From the NCBI GenBank assembly GCA_963781505.1, contig CAWAHB010000038.1, positions 17,388-49,387 on the forward strand: 32,000 nucleotides of DNA, given 5' to 3'. The position numbers and the translations under genes are program-made. Every line of letters begins with the position of its first letter. The stretch's first letter is position 1. Below are positions 9,475-18,948 of this stretch, in pieces. Under the pieces are notes generated by a model. The model searched no databases. It was not told the origin of the DNA and was given only the letters and a program-made list of their open reading frames with translations. This stretch comes from an uncultured delta proteobacterium (GTDB taxonomy: Bacteria; Myxococcota_A; Polyangia; Polyangiales; Polyangiaceae).

Positions 9475-10687
9475 TCACGGCGCCGCCGCGTCCGCGTCGA
9501 GCATGCCGTCGGTCGCGAGTCGAAGAAGCTGCCGTATCCGTGCGTGCGCTGCTGCCAGCGGAAGTGATCGAACAGCTGGAGCACGGTCGCGGTGCGCTGG
9601 CCGGCATCTCTTGAGGGATGCCGTCGGCCCTGATCGAGATAGCAGCGGATGAACAGGCTCTTCTCGTTGGACGGCAGGGCGTCGACGTTCGCGACGTACG
9701 CCTTCCACTTCGTCGGGCTCCATCACGTACTGCTCCACGTTGGAGACGTAGAACGCCGACACGGGCAGGTCGCGGCTTGCGAAGCTCCTTGCCGACGCCT
9801 GGAGCGCATGGTCGCCCGCGAAGTCACCGACCACCGGGATGACGCGATTTTGCGCGCTCGAGATCCCGCACCGACGCGAAACGCCGGTCGGCTCGCCAAA
9901 AATCCGAGCTGTTCGACCGCGCGGATTCTTGGCGCCGAGGAGCTCGCGAAGCTCGGGTAGTCCCGGAAGTTCTTTCCGTGCAGCTCGAAGCGAAGATCGA
10001 GCTGCTTGTCGAAGAAGGCGTGGTGGGTCTCCTCGAGCGTCTGCTCGGTCCTTGCTCGAAAGCGGGATCTGGAAGTCGCGCTCGATGCGCGAGACCAGAG
10101 CGCCGCGTGGATTTCGTCGATAGAGCTTCGGTGTCGGGCGCCGATTTCTTGACGAAGGCGAGCACTTCGTCGATGTCGGCGCGCGGTGCCCGGGCTCCGC
10201 TTCTGCGCGACGGGCGGCCAAGAGCAGCCGCGAGGAATCGCGCGCGGGTGTCGGCTTCCTCGAAGATCGATTTGTACAGCGAGCTGCTCGAGAGCGTTGC
10301 CTCGACGGATGTCGACGATGAACGCGAGCTTGGGCTCGAGCAGCGCGATGTAGGTGAAGTTCTGTTCGGGCCCGACTCCGATGTATGCGCCGCCCGGGCG
10401 GCGTGCCGCGCAAGCCGTCGGCCACCTGCAGGTAGCTGGTCTCGTTGGAGATGTAGTTGTCGCTGAAGAAGTAGCGATCGGGCTCGGATAGCTCGCGAAA
10501 CAGCCGGGCGAGCTCCGACGCGGGAAGCGACAAGGAAGGCGCGGACGGTCTCCGGGGTGTGCTCGCGCTCGGCGCCGGCGCGGCGCTCACTGGGGCACCG
10601 ACCGTCTCAGCGGGCGGAGGTGCGACCTTCTTGTCGCAGGCCACGAGCGAAAGGAGACCAGCCAGACGAATTTCTGCCCCAGCTCAT
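9475..10687 (-). pseudogene. conserved hypothetical lipoprotein gene broken by roughly 8-11 frame changes
   Basis: Protein-like segments alternate between all three minus-strand frames. In order they are: (M)SWG, RLAGLLSLVACDKK...ELSEPDRYFFSDNYISNETSYLQVADGL, GAYIGVGPEQNFTYIALLEPKLAFIVDIRR, LYKSIFEEADTRARFLAAALGRP...DIDEVLAFVKKSAPDTEAL, YRRNPRGALVSRIERDFQIPLS, ETHHAFFDKQLDLRFELHGKNF, NRVIPVVGDFAGDHAL...SAFYVSNVEQYVMEP, KWKAYVANVDALPSNEKSLFIRCYLDQG and LATDGMLDADAAAP-stop. The ORF track shows only 9475..10644(-) and 9824..10165(-). I cannot name the family with confidence. Confidence 0.6.
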
Positions 10688-10794
10688 CCGGTGTCCGTCC
10701 ACGATTGGGAAACGCTCCCCCAAGCTAGCGGATTCCGTAGGGAATGCGGGGCCGGAACCTCGGGCAAGCGCCGGGTGTCACAATCGAGGTGACG

Positions 10795-11664
10795 ATGTCC
10801 GCCGCCCAGCCCCTTTCTCCCGCGCTGGTGGTGTCGGTGATGCTCCACGTGCTCGTCGCGACCGCGGCGCTCACCGTCGGAGCCCATCACCGGGGGCCGC
10901 TGGTGGATCCCGACCGGGGAGCCTCGTGGCAGGGCGACACCTTCGAGGTCGACGAGCTGCTCAAGACACCCGCAACGAGCGCTCCGGCTGCGGCCGAGCC
11001 AAAAGCCATCGGCAAGACCGAGTCCGAGCCGCAAGTCGCGGCTCCGGTCGAGCCCAAAGCAGAGCCAAAACCGAAACCCGATCCGGGACCCAAGCCGGAA
11101 GCCCAACGACAAGCCGATCCAAAGCCCGAACCGGCAGCTGGGCCCCCTTCGGCAAGTCGTCCGAGCGCCGGCGATGGACAAAGCGACAGTCCTCGGGGTG
11201 GCAGTCCCGGCGTCGCGCCGGGCGTCGCCAATCTCGCCAAGGCCTTCACTCGCGCGATCACGGCGGCCACTCACCGCGACGCGATTTGGGACGAGCTGCC
11301 CCTCGGCAAAGTTGGAAGCTTCGCCGTCGTGGTGACATTGGGTGACGACGGAAGCATCACCGAGAGCGAGCTCGAGCACCGCAAGGACGTTGCCGAGCAT
11401 CTGGTACGCATGGTGGACCGAACACTCTTGATGCTGAAGGCGGGTCGCTTTGCGCTCAGTCGCGAGGGTTCCGATAGCGGCTCAGAGAGCTTTCAGATCG
11501 ATGTCGTGCTCTCCGCGGGGACTCCCGACGAGTACGCGGAAAATCCCCACGACTCCTCCAACATGGGTTTCGATCCTCCGCTTCCCGACAAGCCCGGTCG
11601 TGCCTACTTCGACCACGCCTCGGGTCGGCACTTCGAGGCGAAGGTCACGCTTCTCCCGCGCTGA
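10795..11664 (+). CDS. TonB-like protein (N-terminal TM anchor, Pro/Lys/Glu-rich spacer, C-terminal globular domain)
   Basis: Inner ATG of ORF 10744..11664(+), preceded by GAGGTGA. The TM helix is LSPALVVSVMLHVLVATAALTV and the spacer is EPKAEPKPKPDPGPKPEAQRQADPKPEP. I did not recognise the C-terminal domain beyond the general TonB-like layout. Confidence 0.55.
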   Translation: MSAAQPLSPALVVSVMLHVLVATAALTVGAHHRGPLVDPDRGASWQGDTFEVDELLKTPATSAPAAAEPKAIGKTESEPQVAAPVEPKAEPKPKPDPGPKPEAQRQADPKPEPAAGPPSASRPSAGDGQSDSPRGGSPGVAPGVANLAKAFTRAITAATHRDAIWDELPLGKVGSFAVVVTLGDDGSITESELEHRKDVAEHLVRMVDRTLLMLKAGRFALSREGSDSGSESFQIDVVLSAGTPDEYAENPHDSSNMGFDPPLPDKPGRAYFDHASGRHFEAKVTLLPR

Positions 11665-13774
11665 GGAGCGACGCCTTGGCGCCCGCAGCGCGGCTGAGGA
11701 GCGGGCTCGGCTCGAACAAGGTGAGCCCGGAGGCTTCGTGCCAGCGCCGAAGCGTCGTCGCGACCGACTCGGCTCCCACACCGTCCGCCCACTTCAGCGG
11801 ACCGCCCCGATAGGGCGGAAAGCCCATGCCGAGCACCGCAGCGACGTCGACGTCGCTCGGGCGAAGGACGATGCCCTCCTCGATGGCGCGACAGGCTTCG
11901 TTCACCACTCCGAACAGCAGGAGTTGGGGGATCTCGTCGTCATCGATCTCGACCGCGGTCGGATTTCCGGCGAGCTCCCGTGCCTTCGAGACGAAGTTCG
12001 AGAGAGTGGGATCTTCCGATGCCTGCTTGCCATCGTACCGATAATGACCCGCGCCAGATTTTTCTCCCAGCCGACCCGCCTCCACTAGTAGGCGGCGGAG
12101 CTGGGAGCGATACCCGCGGCCCGGATACGCGGCGTCGAGGATGCCTCCCGCTTTCACGCCCACGTCGACTCCGGCGAGATCACTCATGCGACAAGGACCC
12201 ATCGGCATTCCAAAAGCATGTACGGCGCGATCGATTCGATAAGGATCGACGCCGCGGTCCATCAACCAACCGGTGATCTGCGAGTAGGGCATGAAGATGC
12301 GATTCACGAGAAAGCCGGTGCACGTCTGGACCGTGACCGGGGTCTTTCTCATGCGCTTTGCCAGGGCCAGCGTATCGGCGATCGCCTGGGGGGAAGTTTC
12401 TTTCGTGCGGACGATCTCGAGGAGCTTCATGACGTGCGCGGGGCTGAAAAAGTGAGTGCCGAGCACCCGCTCGGGGGCGCCAGCCGCTTGGGCGACGACG
12501 TGAATGTCGATGGTGCTGGTGTTGGTTGCGAGCCAGGCGTCGGGCCGCGTCACCCTCGCTAGATCGGAAAAGATCCGACACTTGAGCTCAACGTCTTCGG
12601 TGGCCGCTTCGATCACGAAGTCCACCTGATCGAACTTCGCGTAGTCCGTCTGGGTGCTGAATCGAGCCAAAAGCTCCTGAGCGCGGGCGGCCGTGAGTCG
12701 GCCCTTGTCGACATTTCGCTCGATGTTCTTTTTCACTCGAGCTTCCGCGGCCGAGGCCTGGTCGACGCTCGCTTCGGTCAGCCGCACCTCGATACCCGCA
12801 TCGATGAGTGCGGTCGCGATGCCGGAGCCCATCGTTCCGCCACCGATCACGGCCACTCGTTCGATCTCGTTGGGGGTCCTCTCGCTCGCGCCCGGGACCT
12901 TGGCGGCCGCGCGTTCGGCGAAGAACAAATGAATCATGCCCCGCGCGCTGTCCGTGAGGAGCAGTGCCTGAAAGAGCGCCCGCTCTTTTTCGATGCCAGC
13001 CTCGGCACCGTGCTCGAGTCCCCAACCGATCGCATCCAGGCAGTCGAAGGGATGGGTGACGTTCCGATGCTTCTTTTCGGCGGCGAGTCGAGCTTCGCCC
13101 AGGATCCGGAGCGCCTCGTCCAACGGTTCGAGGGCGTCGGTTCGCTCGAGAGTCTTTCGTCGAGGGCGCTTCGTGTCGGCGATCTCCAGCGCCACCTCGC
13201 GCGCTTTCGCCACCGCATCGGTGGCGATCTCGTCGAGGATCCCGAGGGACCGCGCTTCCGCCGCCTTCGCTTGACGGCTGGACATCATGAGCTCGGTGGC
13301 CGCACGGACGCCGGTGACTCGGGGCAGGCGCTGGGTGCCGCCCGCTCCGGGAATCAAGCCGAGCAAGAGCTCCGGAAGCCCCACCCGAGCGCGCTCGGAG
13401 CCGACCCGCGCGTGACAGCCCAGGGCGAGCTCGAGGCCGCCTCCGAGAGCAAAGCCGTCGATCGCTGCCACCGTGGGCTTGTCGGAGCTTTCCAGTCGCC
13501 CGATGACGTCCGGTAGGCGGGTCGCGTCTTCCCGCGGCACGCCGTCGCTGATGCGCTTGAGCCGATTCACGTCGGCGCCCGCAACGAAATTTCCTCCAGC
13601 ACCCGTCAGCACGACGGCGCGTACGCTCGCGTCGCTCGTTGCCTCGTCGAGCCGTTGTGCAAGTCCTCGGAGCACTGCCGCCGACAACGCGTTCACGGGA
13701 GGATTGTCGACCGTGATGATGGCGACGCCGTCCATCACGTCGTAGCGGACTCGGCTCTCGGGATCGTCTTGCAT
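11645..13774 (-). CDS. fatty-acid oxidation multifunctional enzyme, FadB/FadJ type (enoyl-CoA hydratase plus 3-hydroxyacyl-CoA dehydrogenase)
   Basis: 3' part of ORF 11645..15130(-), starting at ATG 13774 (MQDDPESRVRYDVMDGVAIITVDNPPVNAL). The crotonase fold is supported by GAGGNFVAGADV and GFALGGGLELALGCH. A Rossmann motif VAVIGGGTMGSGIA and the 3HCDH C-terminal domains follow. It is 709 aa and intact. It overlaps the TonB-like gene end convergently by 20 nt. Confidence 0.9.
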   Translation of the reverse strand: MQDDPESRVRYDVMDGVAIITVDNPPVNALSAAVLRGLAQRLDEATSDASVRAVVLTGAGGNFVAGADVNRLKRISDGVPREDATRLPDVIGRLESSDKPTVAAIDGFALGGGLELALGCHARVGSERARVGLPELLLGLIPGAGGTQRLPRVTGVRAATELMMSSRQAKAAEARSLGILDEIATDAVAKAREVALEIADTKRPRRKTLERTDALEPLDEALRILGEARLAAEKKHRNVTHPFDCLDAIGWGLEHGAEAGIEKERALFQALLLTDSARGMIHLFFAERAAAKVPGASERTPNEIERVAVIGGGTMGSGIATALIDAGIEVRLTEASVDQASAAEARVKKNIERNVDKGRLTAARAQELLARFSTQTDYAKFDQVDFVIEAATEDVELKCRIFSDLARVTRPDAWLATNTSTIDIHVVAQAAGAPERVLGTHFFSPAHVMKLLEIVRTKETSPQAIADTLALAKRMRKTPVTVQTCTGFLVNRIFMPYSQITGWLMDRGVDPYRIDRAVHAFGMPMGPCRMSDLAGVDVGVKAGGILDAAYPGRGYRSQLRRLLVEAGRLGEKSGAGHYRYDGKQASEDPTLSNFVSKARELAGNPTAVEIDDDEIPQLLLFGVVNEACRAIEEGIVLRPSDVDVAAVLGMGFPPYRGGPLKWADGVGAESVATTLRRWHEASGLTLFEPSPLLSRAAGAKASLLSAGEA

Positions 13775-13828
13775 GACGCCCGGGACTTTCGCACACAGAT
13801 GGAAGCGCGTGCTACCCTCCGCCCGCGG

Positions 13829-15118
13829 ATGCTGCGCATCTTCTTCGCGCTCGCGCTCGTGATGGGCATGTCCGGCTGTCGCGATGGCGCATCCAAGTCG
13901 GAAGCCCCGGCCGTTCCGGAGGATGCCTCCTTGCCCCGGGTCACGCTCGTGGCGAAGAACGAAGCCGGCGTTCCGCTGCACTCGACGCCGGGTCAGACCG
14001 CCGTCTCGGCGCGCCTCCCCGATGGGACCGAGGTCCTCGTGATCGAGAAGAGCTCCGACAAACACTGGCTGCACGTTCGAAAGCCGGGCGGAGCCAGTGG
14101 TTGGTGCACCGAGCGCTACGTCGCCGGGTCCTCGAGGCCGGTCGCGCCGGCGGCGCGCCTCCCCGATGCCTCCCCATGGGCCTCGCGAGCAGCCTGTGAA
14201 GCCGCGCTCTCGAAAAAGAAGCCTCGCCCGGCCGGCAGCGTCCGGCTCGCGACCTGGAACATCCGCTGGTTTCCCGATGGCAAGCCCGGCAAAGGTCGCT
14301 CGAACGAGGACGGGACGGACATCGACTGGCTCGCTTGCGCGATCGCCTGGCTCGACGTGGACGCCATCGCGCTGCAGGAAATCAAGACCAACGAGCACGC
14401 GGGGCAGCGCTCCCGCGCCCTCCTCACCTCGCTCTCTCGCGCGAGCGGCGGCAAATGGCGACTCGAAACCGATGAGTGCGAAAACCGGGACGGCCAGCAC
14501 GTCGCCCTCCTGATCGACGAAAAGAAGCTCGTCGAAAAATCCGTCGGCCAGCTCGCATCTCTGAATCCGAATGGGCAGGCTTGCAAAAATCAGCTGCGAC
14601 CCGGTCTGGGCGCGTATCTGACCTCGAAGGGAGGGCTCGACTTCCACTTCGTGTCCGTCCACGCCAAGAGCGGCAGTGAGCGGCGATCCTTCGACCTGAG
14701 ACAGCGCAGCTTGCGAGGCATCGCTGCGGCGCGAAGCGAGCTTCTCGCGCGAGTGGCCGACTCCGACGTGGTGATCGCGGGTGACTTCAACACCATGGGT
14801 TGCTCGAAGTGCTCGGTGCCGGTGAGCTCGGCCGAAGAAATCTCCGGCATGGATCGGGCGCTGTCCGATCTGCCGACCCCATTTCGTCGAGTCCCCACCG
14901 ACGGTGCCTGCACCGAACGAAGCTCCCACGGTGAGGCACTCCTCGACCATTTCGTGGTGAGTCGGTCGATGGCGGAGCTCGAACCCAGCGTCCGCGCGGT
15001 GGTGGCCGGCATCTGTCGCGAGGCAGCTTGCGGCGCGCCGCGAGAGCTCCCTGCCGAAGCCCGGCTGAGCGATCATTGCCCGGTGGTGCTCGAGATCCCG
15101 GACCGCGATCTCGATTGA
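13829..15118 (+). CDS. lipoprotein with SH3b-like domain and endonuclease/exonuclease/phosphatase (EEP) domain
   Basis: Inner start of ORF 13655..15118(+). MLRIFFALALVMGMSGC carries a lipobox; an alternative ATG lies at 13799. The SH3b-like part is TLVAKNEAGVPLHSTPG...WLHVRKPGGASGWCTERYV. EEP hallmarks are LATWNIRWF, AIALQEI, HFVSVHAKSG, VIAGDFN and LSDHCPVV. Confidence 0.8.
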   Translation: MLRIFFALALVMGMSGCRDGASKSEAPAVPEDASLPRVTLVAKNEAGVPLHSTPGQTAVSARLPDGTEVLVIEKSSDKHWLHVRKPGGASGWCTERYVAGSSRPVAPAARLPDASPWASRAACEAALSKKKPRPAGSVRLATWNIRWFPDGKPGKGRSNEDGTDIDWLACAIAWLDVDAIALQEIKTNEHAGQRSRALLTSLSRASGGKWRLETDECENRDGQHVALLIDEKKLVEKSVGQLASLNPNGQACKNQLRPGLGAYLTSKGGLDFHFVSVHAKSGSERRSFDLRQRSLRGIAAARSELLARVADSDVVIAGDFNTMGCSKCSVPVSSAEEISGMDRALSDLPTPFRRVPTDGACTERSSHGEALLDHFVVSRSMAELEPSVRAVVAGICREAACGAPRELPAEARLSDHCPVVLEIPDRDLD

Positions 15119-15160
15119 CATTCTCGGCACTTGCCCGGGTTTTGGGCTATCCTGATCGGG

Positions 15161-16438
15161 ATGCGTGGCCCGTGGGTGGTTTCGAGCGTGCTGCTCTTTT
15201 CAGCGCTCTTGTTCCATTCCTGCAAGGTGTACGACTCGTCGCTCCTCGACGGACAAGGCGACAAGCCGGTCCCCAAAGAGCTCTGGGGTAGTGGCGTCGG
15301 CTGGTGGTCCAAGCAGCGAAGCGACGGTTGCATCAGCGCGGGAGTGCCGACGCCCGAGCAACGCCCGTCCGCCACCGGTTCCAACGAAATCCCACCGATC
15401 TATCTGGCTGTGCGAGACATGGCCCTCGGCTCTCTCGACCGGAACGGCGATCCGACCGACGAGGCATGGAAGGATCTCGGATTCGATCTCGATGGGCTGT
15501 GCACGGGCTCGGACACTTGCCCGGACAGCACCGATCCTCAGCCGTGCCAACCCGTCGTTCCCGCTGCGGACGGCCGGTATTGTCGCGACAACACCTTTGG
15601 CCGCCTCGAGGACGAGGCCGTCGCAGTCCAAGGGCTCGGCAAGGAGTTCGGGCTCTCCAACGACGGGTTCAACTGCGCTCTGTGCAAAGGCGATTACAAC
15701 TTCCTCATCCGGATCAGCGGGTGGAACGGTGAGCCGAACGACAACAACGTTCGACTCGATCTCTACCCATCCCCCGGTCTGGAAACCCCGCAGACCTCGT
15801 GGCAATGCGATCTCAATTCCGCAATCGGTGCCTGGAAGACCAACCCGTGCTGGAAGCGTGGCGACAAATTCACGGTAGAGGTCGGCTCGTACGACGGGGA
15901 CATCCAACCGGGCCAGCCGCTGCCCAACGCCAAGATCAACGATCCCACCGGTTACGTGAGAGACGGATACATCATCGCGCAGCTCCCGGCGGACGCGTTG
16001 TTCTGGTTTCCGGGCGACTCCGCCGCCCGAGCCTACCCGCTCAAGATCCAGCGCGGAGTCATCGCAGCCAAGCTCGTCGACAACGGCGATGGAACGTATT
16101 CGGTGGATGACGGCACCATCGCCGGGCGTGCGAAGAAGGACGACTTGATATCTGCGTTCGAGGACTTGGGTCTGTGCGACGGCCACCCGCTCTACACGCT
16201 GATGAAGAGCTCGGTTGGCTTCGCCACCGATTCCCTCGCCAACGGCACGAATTCCGCCGAGGCGACCTGCGACGCGATGGGCCTCGGGATTGGGTTTCGC
16301 GCCGATGCGGCGTCGTTTTCCGAAACTCCCCTCCCCGTGACTCCGCTTCCCGGATGCCCGGCGGGAACCGATGGCGGCACGGGCGGCAGCTCCGGCGCCG
16401 GAGGCAGCTCCGGCTCGTCCGGTGACAGCGGATTGTAG
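15161..16438 (+). CDS. secreted/lipoprotein Cys-rich protein, unknown function, Gly/Ser-rich C-terminus
   Basis: Inner ATG of ORF 15131..16438(+). The signal is MRGPWVVSSVLLFSALLFHSC. It has about 15 Cys residues. The coding-like composition holds for 425 aa without interruption. No family recognised. Confidence 0.7.
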   Translation: MRGPWVVSSVLLFSALLFHSCKVYDSSLLDGQGDKPVPKELWGSGVGWWSKQRSDGCISAGVPTPEQRPSATGSNEIPPIYLAVRDMALGSLDRNGDPTDEAWKDLGFDLDGLCTGSDTCPDSTDPQPCQPVVPAADGRYCRDNTFGRLEDEAVAVQGLGKEFGLSNDGFNCALCKGDYNFLIRISGWNGEPNDNNVRLDLYPSPGLETPQTSWQCDLNSAIGAWKTNPCWKRGDKFTVEVGSYDGDIQPGQPLPNAKINDPTGYVRDGYIIAQLPADALFWFPGDSAARAYPLKIQRGVIAAKLVDNGDGTYSVDDGTIAGRAKKDDLISAFEDLGLCDGHPLYTLMKSSVGFATDSLANGTNSAEATCDAMGLGIGFRADAASFSETPLPVTPLPGCPAGTDGGTGGSSGAGGSSGSSGDSGL

Positions 16439-16479
16439 ATCCGCAGGCTGAATCAGCCCCGGTTCCGGTTCGGGCTCGG

Positions 16480-16917
16480 ATGACTACAATCCCCGCCGTG
16501 CCCAAGAACCATCATCTCGTCAAGAGCGAGCCGAGCATCTACTGCTTCGCCGATCTCGTGCGCGACAAGAAGACGGCGTGGGATGGAGTGCGCAACGCAG
16601 CAGCGCGCAACAATCTCCGCGCGATGAAGAAAGACGATCTGGTCCTCTACTATCACACGGGTGACGAACGGCAGGTGGTCGGCATCGCGCGCGTCGTCAA
16701 AACCGCGTATCCCGATCCCACGGCGGACGACGGGGATTGGTCGGCGGTGGATCTCGCGCCGGTCGAGGCATTGCCCCGCTCCGTGACCCTGGCCCAGATC
16801 AAATCGGATCCGAAGCTCCGAGCTCTTCCTTTGATTCGCATGGGACGACTGAGCGTGATGCCAGTCTCCGCTGCGGAATTTCGACACATCGCGCAGTTGG
16901 GCGGCAAAAAGAAGTGA
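16480..16917 (+). CDS. EVE domain (PUA-like) protein
   Basis: ORF 16480..16917(+). HHLVKSEPSIYCFADLVRDKKTAWDGVRNAAARNNLRAMKKDDLVLYYHTG...GIARVVKTAYPDPT...LSVMPVSAAEF matches the EVE/thymocyte-nuclear-protein-1-like pattern. The stop TGA overlaps the next ATG as TGATG at 16915-16919. Confidence 0.85.
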   Translation: MTTIPAVPKNHHLVKSEPSIYCFADLVRDKKTAWDGVRNAAARNNLRAMKKDDLVLYYHTGDERQVVGIARVVKTAYPDPTADDGDWSAVDLAPVEALPRSVTLAQIKSDPKLRALPLIRMGRLSVMPVSAAEFRHIAQLGGKKK

Positions 16918-18587
16918 TGCGCTCCATCGCCGCAGTCGCCCTGGTCCTCTTCACACTCTTGTCGGCAGGCCGCGCCCTGGGCGAGCCCCCCGAGGACTGC
17001 AAGAGTCCCCGCGCCGCCGTGAATTCCGTGTTCGGCTGGCAAGAGCCGGAGCACTTCAACCCCGCCAAAGCGATGCACTGCCTCGATCGCGCGGGCCGAA
17101 GCGCGAGCGAGCTTCGACAAAGCGCCCAGCGCATCAAGGCCGTTTACGAGGCACGCGCGCTCAAGCTCGATGAATCCCGCTTCAGTACCGAGTCCGGTTG
17201 GGTGAATCCCGAGACCGGCAAGCGTGCGTTCGCAGTGCACCGCAGCATTCCGGGCGTTCAAATCGAGAGACAGGCGGACGGCGAGTGGCGGTGGTCCCGA
17301 GCTTCCCTCGATCGCGTGGACGAGTTGTTCGAAGACTCGCTCGGCGAGCGCAGTGGCTGGATCATCGAGAAGTTGCCGGGCTGGGCTCACTTGCGCGCGT
17401 TCGGCGTGGAGCTCTGGCAGGCGGTCGCTCTGCTGCTGATCCTGCTCGTAGCGTGGGTGGTTCGCGGCGTGATCCGTGCGCTGGTCAAGGTGCGCCTTTC
17501 GAAGTTCGCCGAACGACGCGGCGCCCACCTGACCGCGCAGATCGCTCAGGTGTTTGCGACTCCGGGTGCTTCACTTCTGCTCGCGTTGATGCTGCGCTTG
17601 GTGTACCCGAGCTTGGGCCTTCCCCTGGCTGCGGCGCTACTCGTCAGCGCCGCCGTGAGTGCGCTCGTCGTGTTCGCGTTGGTGGTGGCCATTTACCGCC
17701 TGGTCGACGTGTTCGCGACACACCTCGGCGAGCGTGCTGCTCTGACCGAGTCGAAGCTCGACGACCAATTCGTGCCGCTCTTCCGTAAGGCCACGAAAGT
17801 GCTGATCGTGATCGCGGGCGTGCTGGTGATGCTCCAGAACCTGAACGTGAACGTGATGTCACTGGTCGCCGGGCTCGGCATCGGCGGCTTGGCCGTGGCA
17901 CTCGCGGCCAAGGACAGCATCGCGAACCTCTTCGGCAGCATCATGATCTTCACCGACCGCCCGTTCACCATCGGTGATTGGGTCAAAGTGGAGGAAGTCG
18001 AAGGCAAAATCGAGGCGGTGGGCTTCCGATCGACACGCATTCGCACCCTCGCCGACACGATCGTGACGATGCCCAACGCCCGCTTCATGGAAGCGAAAAT
18101 CGAGAATTTCAGCGAGCGAGAGGCCCGGCGAGTGACCACGGTCCTCGGGCTGACCTACGACACTCCGCGAGACCGCCTACAAGCCTTCGTCGAAGGCATT
18201 CGCGCCATCATCCGCGCCAACCCCCTCACCCGGAAGGACAAGTACGAAGTGCACTTCTCCGGCTTCGGCGCGAGCGCGTTGGAGATTTACGTTCACTTCT
18301 ACGTCCGAGTCCCCACCTGGTCGGAAGAGCTGCGCGAACGCCACAACGTGTTCTCCGAAGTGTTGCGCTTGGCACAAGCACTCGGAGTGTCCTTCGCGTT
18401 TCCCACGCAGACGCTCCACGTCGAATCGTTGGCCGCACCCGGAGCTTCGCCCCCCGAGCGTTCCGCAAAGGCTCACTCCGATCTCGCCGAGGTGGTGCGC
18501 AGTTTCGGGCCCGACGGGAGTGTTGCGCGTCCAGAAGCAGAGCTGATCACCGAGGGCTTCCCGCCAACGCAGGAACCGTTGGCCTGA
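16917..18587 (+). CDS. mechanosensitive ion channel family protein (MscS-like) with N-terminal periplasmic domain
   Basis: Inner ATG of ORF 16737..18587(+). The signal is MRSIAAVALVLFTLLSAGRALG, followed by several TM helices. The MscS core is GLGIGGLAVALAAKDSIANLFGSIMIFTDRPFTIGDWVKVEEVEGKIEAVGFRSTRIRTLADTIVTMPN. The gene is intact. Confidence 0.9.
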   Translation: MRSIAAVALVLFTLLSAGRALGEPPEDCKSPRAAVNSVFGWQEPEHFNPAKAMHCLDRAGRSASELRQSAQRIKAVYEARALKLDESRFSTESGWVNPETGKRAFAVHRSIPGVQIERQADGEWRWSRASLDRVDELFEDSLGERSGWIIEKLPGWAHLRAFGVELWQAVALLLILLVAWVVRGVIRALVKVRLSKFAERRGAHLTAQIAQVFATPGASLLLALMLRLVYPSLGLPLAAALLVSAAVSALVVFALVVAIYRLVDVFATHLGERAALTESKLDDQFVPLFRKATKVLIVIAGVLVMLQNLNVNVMSLVAGLGIGGLAVALAAKDSIANLFGSIMIFTDRPFTIGDWVKVEEVEGKIEAVGFRSTRIRTLADTIVTMPNARFMEAKIENFSEREARRVTTVLGLTYDTPRDRLQAFVEGIRAIIRANPLTRKDKYEVHFSGFGASALEIYVHFYVRVPTWSEELRERHNVFSEVLRLAQALGVSFAFPTQTLHVESLAAPGASPPERSAKAHSDLAEVVRSFGPDGSVARPEAELITEGFPPTQEPLA

Positions 18588-18590
18588 CGA

Positions 18591-18806
18591 TCACTCGTCC
18601 TTGTCGCTCTTCTTCTTCGCGGGATCTCGAGCTTCGTGGATCTCCATCAGCGTGCCGAGCGCCTCGATCTCGCGCTTGGTTTGAATTTCGCGTTGCCGGA
18701 GCGTTTTGATTTCGGCTTCGAGCTTGCGCTGCTCCGCTTCGAGCTCGCGCAGCCCATCCTTCAATCGATCACGTTCGGCACGGAGCACGTCGACTTCGAG
18801 AGGCAC
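18591..18806 (-). CDS. small coiled-coil protein (71 aa), unknown function
   Basis: ORF 18591..18806(-), GTG start. VPLEVDVLRAERDRLKDGLRELEAEQRKLEAEIKTLRQREIQTKREIEALGTLMEIHEARDPAKKKSDKDE shows heptad-like charged repeats and high third-position GC. No obvious RBS. It is convergent with the MscS gene across a 3-nt gap. Confidence 0.5.
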   Translation of the reverse strand: MPLEVDVLRAERDRLKDGLRELEAEQRKLEAEIKTLRQREIQTKREIEALGTLMEIHEARDPAKKKSDKDE

Positions 18807-18948
18807 GGGCTCTAACTACCAGAGGATCGCCGAGGGCTAGAGCGCAAAACGTGAGAGGGGGCGCTTCCCCTCCATTTCGACCCTGGCCGAGTCCCGTGAC
18901 TGAAACGTGACGCCACGGCCGCGGGTCTGACGGACGCGTGTCGGCGCG

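Noticed and set aside
10777-10797. Inverted repeat GTCAC-AATCGAG-GTGAC covering the GAGGTGA ribosome-binding site and abutting the ATG of the TonB-like gene. A nearby palindrome ATTCC-GTAG-GGAAT lies at about 10731-10744.
   Set aside because: Each has only a 5-bp stem, which is easily expected by chance. There is no supporting evidence for regulation.
18855-18872. Hairpin GAGGGG-GCGCTT-CCCCTC upstream of the coiled-coil gene. On the minus strand it is followed by TCACGTTTTGCG.
   Set aside because: The T-run is short and displaced from the stem. The element lies upstream, not downstream, of the nearest minus-strand gene, so its function is unclear and it is not called as a terminator.
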